Source: a virus (taxonomy: Duplodnaviria > Caudoviricetes). From it: a stretch of 58,852 nucleotides of DNA. The position numbers and the translations under genes were made by a program. The notes beneath the pieces are model-generated. The model saw only the letters and a list, made by a program, of their open reading frames with translations. It ran no database searches and had not been told where the DNA came from. The stretch is taken from positions 1 to 58,852 of IMG/VR virus record IMGVR_UViG_3300020463_000023; one strand, 5' to 3'. Shown piece after piece: positions 46,711 to 53,984 of this stretch. Each line of letters begins with the position of its first letter. Within the stretch, counting starts at the first letter, position 1.

Positions 46711-47433
46711 ATGAAACTAGATCATAATATACCAGGGCACAGACTTGATCCAAAACAGGCTGTGCCTGAATCTATATTAGAACAACATCCATGGCATTGG
46801 GATCCAATGAAGACAGACCATGATGATGCTTCCTGTTTTATGAAACAAATTGATTTCGACTGGGCAGGTCTTGAAAAATTTGCTATTCAAAAATGTAATC
46901 AACATCGAACTCCACAAAAATATTGGTGGTATGATTATGATAATCAGGCAGTGATGCACGGGCAAGACAATGTTAACAACATGCCTATCCGGAAACAAGC
47001 AGAAATGGCCTTAAAAGATAATACGCATACAATTCACAACAGTCAATACTTTAAGATAGCCAATGCGGAATTGGAACATTGGTACGAACCTCTATCACAG
47101 ATGTTTCCTAAACTAAAAAAAGAAAAAATGGGAATCAGTCTATTTGTGCAAATGCCGGGGCATACTATATGGAGCCATGTTGATACCTATAGTAGTTTCA
47201 TAAGGAGAACAGGTGATTCCAAAGCCGATTATTCAATACTTCGTAGATATATGGTTTTCGTAAAAGATTGGGATTGGGGACATTTCTTCCATTACGGTAA
47301 TCACTGTTTCAACCAATGGAAGGCAGGAGACTGCTGGGACCTAAAACCAGGAATATATCATGGCAGTGCCAATGCAGGTGTTAACCCAAAAATTACAATA
47401 CACTGGAGTGGTGAAATAAATGAAGAGGATTAA
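46711..47433 (+). CDS. 2OG-Fe(II) oxygenase
   Basis: QMPG..SHVD, W.WGH, WKAGD, HGSANAG..K. Confidence 0.75.
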   Translation: MKLDHNIPGHRLDPKQAVPESILEQHPWHWDPMKTDHDDASCFMKQIDFDWAGLEKFAIQKCNQHRTPQKYWWYDYDNQAVMHGQDNVNNMPIRKQAEMALKDNTHTIHNSQYFKIANAELEHWYEPLSQMFPKLKKEKMGISLFVQMPGHTIWSHVDTYSSFIRRTGDSKADYSILRRYMVFVKDWDWGHFFHYGNHCFNQWKAGDCWDLKPGIYHGSANAGVNPKITIHWSGEINEED

Positions 47434-48094
47434 TATTAAAGATGAATTCAACAAACATTTTCCATGGCATTATGATCCTTTTAAAAAAGATGCCAACGAC
47501 TGCCCATCTTTAGGAAATCTTAATTTCGATTATTCCTCACTTGTGGATAGTGTCTTAGCATTATGTGAGTCTCAGGATCCAAAAAATAGTGGGCGAGGTT
47601 GGTCACACTATTTTGCAAACGATAAAATTAAAACAGACATCGTCGAATCAAGACCAGAATCTTTTCAGAAGATGTTTGCAGTCTGGCGTGATTGCGGCTG
47701 GACAAAGGAAAACAGTTGCTTCTATGAGTTCCAAGACGAAGAATTGGGCCACCTGTACAGGCCTATCATTGATGCTTACGAACAAAAATTTGGCCAGCTC
47801 GAGAACAAACAATTACGTGTTTTTGTGAAGCCTCCAATGACGGCTTTAGGCCTACATTGTGATACCTACAACTCTTATTCAAGAAAGTACAATGTTGAGC
47901 AATCTAAAATTTTTAGAGTGTTTACATTGGTCGAAAACTGGCAATGGGGACACTATAACTTACTTGGCAATGCAGATCTTCATCAGCATAGAGCAGGTGA
48001 CTGTTATCAAATAAAGCCAAATGTGTTTCACCTATCTGGGAATCTTGGGTTGAATCCCATGATCACTATGAACATTACTGGCGTAAAAAAATGA
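47420..48094 (+). CDS. 2OG-Fe(II) oxygenase-like protein
   Basis: LHCD, WQWGH, HLSGNLG..M.T.NITG. Confidence 0.7.
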   Translation: MKRINIKDEFNKHFPWHYDPFKKDANDCPSLGNLNFDYSSLVDSVLALCESQDPKNSGRGWSHYFANDKIKTDIVESRPESFQKMFAVWRDCGWTKENSCFYEFQDEELGHLYRPIIDAYEQKFGQLENKQLRVFVKPPMTALGLHCDTYNSYSRKYNVEQSKIFRVFTLVENWQWGHYNLLGNADLHQHRAGDCYQIKPNVFHLSGNLGLNPMITMNITGVKK

Positions 48095-49182
48095 CCTTTG
48101 GGTACACTGTTGGCAATTTAAAGTTTGCAGATAAATTGAAAGCAATTGAAGTGTCACTGGAAAGCAACGATCCATTATCATTCCACACACCTACTGCATA
48201 CGAAAACTTCGATTTTTCTCATGAACCAGTAGAAGATCTCAAAACTTTATTGAAGCATGAAGCAGTCAAGATTAGAAGCAAATATGACAATGTCAGGCTG
48301 TATTATTCTGGAGGTTCTGACAGCAAATTGATGCTGGACACTTTTATCGATAATAATATTCCCATCGACGAAATTGTTTGTCTTAAATCTGGCATTACAG
48401 ATGCTGATGCAGAAATTGATCACTTTGCTCTGCCCTATCTTGCAACACGCGATCTAGGTAATTCTAAAGTAAATATATCTTGTCCCTCTAAAAAAGACTA
48501 CATTGATTTCTATAAGAAAGGAATAGCAGAAAAAATTAACAAAGGAATGTTGACTTGGGATCCAAACTTTAGAATTGGAGTCAAACATGAATACTATAAT
48601 GAAAAAAATTTTCGCAATAACACAGTGAATCTACATGGTTATGATAAGCCTAAGGTAATGAATGTCAATGGAAAATGGTATGCATACTTTCTAGACGTTG
48701 ATATCGAACCAACGGCACATACATATCATTTTTTCTCACGAAATCCAAAATTACACAGTAAACAGGCACACCTTTGTATGCAGTTTATGAAAAATAGGAT
48801 TATAAGAGAGTCCGACATATGGAAATATCAAAAAGAATGGAATAACAGTATTGGTAGAGAATCAGTATCACTTCCAACCAAAAAATTATTTTTTGGAGCA
48901 AAGGATAACTTTGTTCCTTACAACGGACACAAATTGTATTACTCTAATGAAAAAGAAAAAATTGCTTTAGGTGTTGCAATCGGATCTATGCCTGAAGCAA
49001 TAGATGGCTGGATCGATACATTGAATGAACTTAAGAGTTACACTACTGGTACCTGGTGGAGTGATGGACAACCTGAACTAGGCACCGTTGGGGTCTTTTC
49101 AAAATTTTATTGCCTAAGCCAAAAAGAAACAAAAACAGTCGATCAACTGTTTCCTGATGGTTTCAAAAACCTAGCAAAATAG
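48091..49182 (+). CDS. PP-loop (adenine nucleotide alpha-hydrolase / asparagine synthase-like) protein
   Basis: LYYSGGSDS..ML..F, G.DKP. Confidence 0.6.
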   Translation: MTFGYTVGNLKFADKLKAIEVSLESNDPLSFHTPTAYENFDFSHEPVEDLKTLLKHEAVKIRSKYDNVRLYYSGGSDSKLMLDTFIDNNIPIDEIVCLKSGITDADAEIDHFALPYLATRDLGNSKVNISCPSKKDYIDFYKKGIAEKINKGMLTWDPNFRIGVKHEYYNEKNFRNNTVNLHGYDKPKVMNVNGKWYAYFLDVDIEPTAHTYHFFSRNPKLHSKQAHLCMQFMKNRIIRESDIWKYQKEWNNSIGRESVSLPTKKLFFGAKDNFVPYNGHKLYYSNEKEKIALGVAIGSMPEAIDGWIDTLNELKSYTTGTWWSDGQPELGTVGVFSKFYCLSQKETKTVDQLFPDGFKNLAK

Positions 49183-49197
49183 CGACTTCTACACCAG

Positions 49198-49226
49198 TTG
49201 ACGGTTATACCATTACCATGTATAAT
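49198..49226 (+). promoter_or_regulatory. sigma70-type early promoter
   Basis: TTGACG-N17-TATAAT. Confidence 0.75.
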
Positions 49227-49251
49227 AGTGGTAACAAAGGAGAGAAAGACA

Positions 49252-49605
49252 ATGTATAAATGTTCAGCAAAAGCAAGTTTGGTAGTAGATCAGATTAGAT
49301 CTAGATGCCAAGAGGACACGCAGACCAACAACAAATGGAGAGGTAGATCAGGAAACTACATGTACATCATGGGCAGAGAGAACGCCGATGGTAAGGCTAC
49401 AGGTGTGGTACACAAGATCGCTGACGACGGATCACACAAGTTGTGTGGATCATTCAAGATCATGAGTGATGGTATCATAACAAGGTTCACAGGTTTGTCA
49501 AAAGCAGACTGGAACAATGCTATGAGAAATGCGGAAGCCGAGTACAAAGTGAAGTACGAAGCGGAAACAACAGAACCAGCAACAGAACAAAAAGTTGCAG
49601 TGTAA
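49252..49605 (+). CDS. hypothetical early protein
   Basis: AGGAG SD, MYKCSAKA..GREN.DG..TG.V.K..GSFKI..DG.I.RF. Confidence 0.75.
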   Translation: MYKCSAKASLVVDQIRSRCQEDTQTNNKWRGRSGNYMYIMGRENADGKATGVVHKIADDGSHKLCGSFKIMSDGIITRFTGLSKADWNNAMRNAEAEYKVKYEAETTEPATEQKVAV

Positions 49606-49701
49606 ATTGACGATGCGTCCAAAAGCAAGTGGGCTCGAGTACCCCCATAGTGCCAACAAGGCCATATGCATAAAAATCTCGGCCCACACGCATCTTTGAT
49701 T

Positions 49702-50346
49702 ATGTCCAAAAAAAAGATTAAATCCACGATCTACGTCACACTAGGTGTCATCGTTGTTATTACGTTGACCTATGTGTACGGCACATTCAATCCAAACCAA
49801 CACGTCATAACAAAGATCGAAGATCAGTTTCACAAGCATGAAATGAAGATCATAGAAGAGTTAGGCTTGAAAGAACCAGAGTTTGAATTCACAGACAAGC
49901 CTTCATTTATAAATGCTACATCAAATTGCGTGGCCTATCTAAATTGGACCACTGACAAAGAAAAAAGGATTCCTATCAGTATAGTAATAGCAATGGCAGG
50001 CATAGAGAGTGCATGGGGACAAAGCAGATTCGCCCGTGAAGGAAATGCCCTCTTTGGCGTAAGGACTTGGGATTTGGAAAACACTCCACACATGAAAGCA
50101 CTTGGTAATCCAGATGCCAGTTGGGGAGTAAAGAAATACAAGACCAAATGCCAAAGTGTAAAAGACATGATACGAATACTGAACACGCACCCGGCCTATG
50201 ATAAGTTCCGTCAATACAGGACAGCACAATTGGACGCAGGTGAATGGAATTACAGTGAACTTCTATCAGGTATGACTGCTTGGAGCACCAATCCAAATTA
50301 CCAGAAAATAATACTTTCAACCATAGTTGACAATAAACTACCTTAA
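49702..50346 (+). CDS. GH73/Bax-like glucosaminidase with N-terminal TM anchor
   Basis: A.A.IESAWGQSRFA.EGNALFG, LN.HPAY, WST.P.Y. Confidence 0.82.
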   Translation: MSKKKIKSTIYVTLGVIVVITLTYVYGTFNPNQHVITKIEDQFHKHEMKIIEELGLKEPEFEFTDKPSFINATSNCVAYLNWTTDKEKRIPISIVIAMAGIESAWGQSRFAREGNALFGVRTWDLENTPHMKALGNPDASWGVKKYKTKCQSVKDMIRILNTHPAYDKFRQYRTAQLDAGEWNYSELLSGMTAWSTNPNYQKIILSTIVDNKLP

Positions 50347-50360
50347 CAGTATAATTTAGA

Positions 50361-50723
50361 ATGGGATTCATACAAATGAAACTGCCGAAACGTATTCGAC
50401 ACAAGATCGAGAACTCCCGAAGGAACAGAGAGGCACAGGCCAATCATGAGGAATGGTTAGCATCGCAGGGCCTAGACACATACACACTCAAGCAGAAGGC
50501 AAAAGGATTTAAGGGTTACGACATACCTGAGTACAAGTCAGATCCCAACCAACCCAAGTGTGGTGACAAGATACCAGTAAACGGTGGCAGAAAGGCACAC
50601 CCACAGGCCTACTCCGGAGAACGTAAGTTGTTAGGCATAGGCCTAATGCACAAGAGTAATCTTGTTCCTGTGTGGGACGAAGAAGGTGCCAAGGAGATCA
50701 CCCTTATGAAAGGTAACAAGTGA
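50361..50723 (+). CDS. hypothetical protein
   Basis: TTGACA-N17-TATAAT-N5-ATG; YSG..LLGIG.MHKSNLVPV. Confidence 0.75.
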   Translation: MGFIQMKLPKRIRHKIENSRRNREAQANHEEWLASQGLDTYTLKQKAKGFKGYDIPEYKSDPNQPKCGDKIPVNGGRKAHPQAYSGERKLLGIGLMHKSNLVPVWDEEGAKEITLMKGNK

Positions 50724-50956
50724 TGCAGAATCATTTAAGGAATGTAAGGGCATTGATGGAAAATGCCAAAAATTTTGATGTCACTCGAAAGATCGACACT
50801 TACGAATATGAGTCTCTGGAAAAACTGATACTGGACGACGACGTGAGGTACAGTGAGATAATGGAGATTTTCACTGACAAGGACTACCGAGATTGGTTCC
50901 ATGAAAGGAACTTCAAAGGTAAGGAATACAACATAACCAAATTCCACGAGTTATGA
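50720..50956 (+). CDS. hypothetical protein
   Basis: overlap-coupled. Confidence 0.7.
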   Translation: MMQNHLRNVRALMENAKNFDVTRKIDTYEYESLEKLILDDDVRYSEIMEIFTDKDYRDWFHERNFKGKEYNITKFHEL

Positions 50957-51198
50957 AAATACGTTACTACAAGAAGATAGACGGCTGGCGATGGCTTGGC
51001 TTCATATTGGCCATGTTGAGTGCTTTCACATTGAGTGGCGGTAATCCAGATGTGCAATGGTTAGGATGGTCGGTTGCTTTGATATCTTGTAGCATATGGA
51101 TATGGATGGGTGTCAAAGACAAAGATACACCAAGGGCACTCATGGAACTGATGTATCTTCTACTCGCAATCAGGGGTGTGTACAACTGGCTTGCCTAA
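50953..51198 (+). CDS. small three-TM membrane protein (PnuC/SemiSWEET-like size)
   Basis: three hydrophobic segments, ends G.YNW. Confidence 0.55.
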   Translation: MKIRYYKKIDGWRWLGFILAMLSAFTLSGGNPDVQWLGWSVALISCSIWIWMGVKDKDTPRALMELMYLLLAIRGVYNWLA

Positions 51199-51272
51199 AA
51201 ACCTAGTAAAATCAACACTTCTAACAAGATCAACTTTGGTTGACGTATTTGGAAAACATGCTATAATTTAAT

Positions 51273-51419
51273 ATGATTAGACTAATAATACTATTTGCAA
51301 TCTTCCTAGCGGTATATCCGATGATAGGTGATGGTTGGGCACAGTTCAGCAATGACTTTCCTGTTATTGCAGATGTTCCTAACTGGATATCAGAGCAGAT
51401 TGCAAAATTTAACAAGTAA
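51273..51419 (+). CDS. 48-aa membrane/exported peptide
   Basis: TTGACG-N16-TATAAT-N5-ATG; MIRLIILFAIFLAVYPMIGDGWAQF. Confidence 0.6.
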   Translation: MIRLIILFAIFLAVYPMIGDGWAQFSNDFPVIADVPNWISEQIAKFNK

Positions 51420-51427
51420 GGAAACAA

Positions 51428-51979
51428 ATGAAGAACATGACAAAAGTGATCTTGATATTGGTAGCAGGCCTGATGTTGGCACAGTGTTCTACCTACAAGA
51501 TCAAACCAGACATGAATAAAAGTGGAGTGGTGAACAAAACGCCTAAATGGTATGTTGAGTACAAACACGAAACTATGTTCAAGTACCAAGAGGCGGCCAC
51601 TGCAATAAGTCCAGACATGGAATTAGCGGTGAAAAAAGCCACACTGTTGGCCAAAGCCAAACTAGTTGATCGTATCAACGGTGAGATGAATAACAGAACA
51701 ACAATCACTAAGAACGAAGCAGGCACTAACGAGGATCTTAATGTCACTGCAGGTTCGCAGGATGTTGTTGTAAATGTTATAGAGGACACTCTTGCAAGAG
51801 GTTACGAAGTTACCAAACAGGAAATGTATATCACTAAGGCAAAGTCTTACAGAGTGTACGTGATGATAGAAGTCAGCAAGAAGGAAGTTGAAGAGATCAT
51901 CAATCAAGTTAACAAAAGAAGATTGGCTTTAATTGACACCAAAGGTATCAATGACCAGGCTAAAGAGATATTGAACTAG
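51428..51979 (+). CDS. LPP20-like lipoprotein
   Basis: signal ending LAQC; PKWY, S.D..A..KA..AK..L. Confidence 0.65.
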   Translation: MKNMTKVILILVAGLMLAQCSTYKIKPDMNKSGVVNKTPKWYVEYKHETMFKYQEAATAISPDMELAVKKATLLAKAKLVDRINGEMNNRTTITKNEAGTNEDLNVTAGSQDVVVNVIEDTLARGYEVTKQEMYITKAKSYRVYVMIEVSKKEVEEIINQVNKRRLALIDTKGINDQAKEILN

Positions 51980-51982
51980 GCT

Positions 51983-52339
51983 ATGAGAAATATATATTAC
52001 ATCATTGGCCTGGCGTTCTTAACTTTAGCCTTAATCATATTCTCAACCACTGCGGATGCTGGCGGACCATGGAACGATCAATATTGTGACGTCGAGGTTA
52101 CAAAGGTAAAAGTTGTGAACGAAAAAGGTGAAACAATAAAAAATTTAACAGAAGAGAAAGTCACCTGTAATGATGGAGCATCAGATTTCCTATTCGATTC
52201 AGGCATAGCAGAAAACTGTGAAATGTACACATGGGAGATGCCAATTAAGAACCAATTAGTGACACAGAGGCAAATTGCCTGCCAAAAAATAAATGGGGGT
52301 GGATATGAAATTGTTCAAGGTTATCACGGTATCGATTAG
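51983..52339 (+). CDS. exported Cys-containing protein
   Basis: signal peptide ..ADA; four Cys. Confidence 0.65.
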   Translation: MRNIYYIIGLAFLTLALIIFSTTADAGGPWNDQYCDVEVTKVKVVNEKGETIKNLTEEKVTCNDGASDFLFDSGIAENCEMYTWEMPIKNQLVTQRQIACQKINGGGYEIVQGYHGID

Positions 52340-52736
52340 CCTTTTGCTGTCCAACATAGCATTGGCAGACACAAAAGGTCAGATAGGAAAGATGCCAACA
52401 CCCGATTGGTGGGGGGAACAACTCAAATACAGCACAGTCAATTTCAAGTTCAGACGAACACAGTATCTTGGATTCTGGCTCAAACGAGAAGAGAAGAGTA
52501 TGCACCAATCAGCAGTATATTTCGCACTGAATAATGCACATAACGGCGAGATTGTAAGTTGGTACAGCAAGAAGCGTTTGGCGGGCGGCAAGGTGCGTGT
52601 GATACATTCGTACCCTATATCAGGAGGATACTGCCGTACATACCAAGCATTCATACAGGTTAAAGGCAAATCACGTCACAGTACCAACAACGCCTGCAAA
52701 TATATAAACGGCTGGCCTTGGTGGTTTTATAAATAG
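52305..52736 (+). CDS. RT0821/17-kDa surface-antigen-like exported protein
   Basis: AL....G..SW..G.V..YCR.Y..AC pattern; signal peptide from ATG 52305. Confidence 0.6.
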   Translation: MKLFKVITVSISLLLSNIALADTKGQIGKMPTPDWWGEQLKYSTVNFKFRRTQYLGFWLKREEKSMHQSAVYFALNNAHNGEIVSWYSKKRLAGGKVRVIHSYPISGGYCRTYQAFIQVKGKSRHSTNNACKYINGWPWWFYK

Positions 52737-52776
52737 TTGTTATAAATAAGTACATAAGACAAAGGATTAAAAAACT

Positions 52777-53436
52777 ATGGCAACAGTAATACCAAAATAT
52801 AATAGAATTGTACAGGACCAGCCACAACAGGCGTTCTACATGGTCTCTATAAACACATCGGGTTTCTTAGACACAGAAACAAACAATGGTGGAAGAATAT
52901 CACCATGTGTTGCTGAGGACTTCGCAACAGCACCAACAACTCTTGCACAGTCTAGATTAGTATCAAGAGGTGCATTAAGATTCAAAAAGATGTTGGAATT
53001 ACTACAAGTTAGATCAAACGTGAGTGTTAGAAACTTACTAACAACTTATGGCAGTGATGCAGGTGATCAGCCAATTACTAAATTACAGTTCGGTCTAGTG
53101 TACGACAACGACAACTTCTTACCTACAACAGGTACTGCAGGTGACGGTTCAACAGCGACGACTACAAAAGTAGGTTTCATCAAAGACAAAATCACAGAAG
53201 CACTTTACGGCACATTCACAGAGAGAATGCAAGTGTTCAATCCAACAGCAGGAGCAGGCTTGATCCTGAACGAGGAGATCACTGCCGGACCTGTGTTATT
53301 GGTTTCACAAGATGATATCCTGGATGCGGTCACTGTGACAGAAGCGTTAGACACAGCAACAATGGTATCTGGTTTCAGACCAACGTTGGCAAGTGAGTTA
53401 CCAACTGACAACGCTGACAACGACACAGCAGAGTAA
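52777..53436 (+). CDS. probable virion protein
   Basis: TATAAATA at 52741, AAGGA SD, Thr/Gly-rich. Confidence 0.65.
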   Translation: MATVIPKYNRIVQDQPQQAFYMVSINTSGFLDTETNNGGRISPCVAEDFATAPTTLAQSRLVSRGALRFKKMLELLQVRSNVSVRNLLTTYGSDAGDQPITKLQFGLVYDNDNFLPTTGTAGDGSTATTTKVGFIKDKITEALYGTFTERMQVFNPTAGAGLILNEEITAGPVLLVSQDDILDAVTVTEALDTATMVSGFRPTLASELPTDNADNDTAE

Positions 53437-53449
53437 TAATCAATAATTT

Positions 53450-53659
53450 TTAATCGTAAGCGTGAGTGCAACCTAGTTCTAGGTGTGCAACAGTCAAGTA
53501 ACCGTCTTCGTCAGTGAACATTTCAAGGGTTTGTTGTTTTTTAAGGACTAATGCTTTTTCGCATTCGGCTTTGGTATCGAAAAATCTTGGTGGATCTTCA
53601 TGCATGGTATTGCATTCTAAAACCGTGACAGCACAGATCACTGCAAACATCTTGAACAT
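53450..53659 (-). CDS. small four-Cys exported protein (family member 3)
   Basis: MFKMFAVIC..C..EDP..T..EC..C; TAACTA-N5-ATG. Confidence 0.7.
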   Translation of the reverse strand: MFKMFAVICAVTVLECNTMHEDPPRFFDTKAECEKALVLKKQQTLEMFTDEDGYLTVAHLELGCTHAYD

Positions 53660-53670
53660 ACTATTAGTTA

Positions 53671-53916
53671 TTAATCGTCTGCGTAGGTTATTCCAGATCC
53701 TGCAGTTGTAAATTCTGTGGAGTGATCACCTGACGCTCTGTAGGTTGCTTTCCAAGCCGCTGACCATATGGCATACTTGGCCTTCGTCGTGGCCCTGTCT
53801 GCCTTGGTATTGGCAGGTGTGCCTGTGTTGGTTGCATGAGCAATGCCGTTGGGTTCGAAAGGCCTAGTGGGCCTGTTCAATGTGTTTTGATATCCTGCTA
53901 ATAGTGTCAGTGCCAT
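53671..53916 (-). CDS. small late protein
   Basis: TAAATA-N5-ATG at 53916. Confidence 0.65.
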   Translation of the reverse strand: MALTLLAGYQNTLNRPTRPFEPNGIAHATNTGTPANTKADRATTKAKYAIWSAAWKATYRASGDHSTEFTTAGSGITYADD

Positions 53917-53984
53917 GCTAATATTTACCAAACTATTCAGTAGCATAAATGCAGGCTTAATGTTATAGTAAATACACTTTATAA

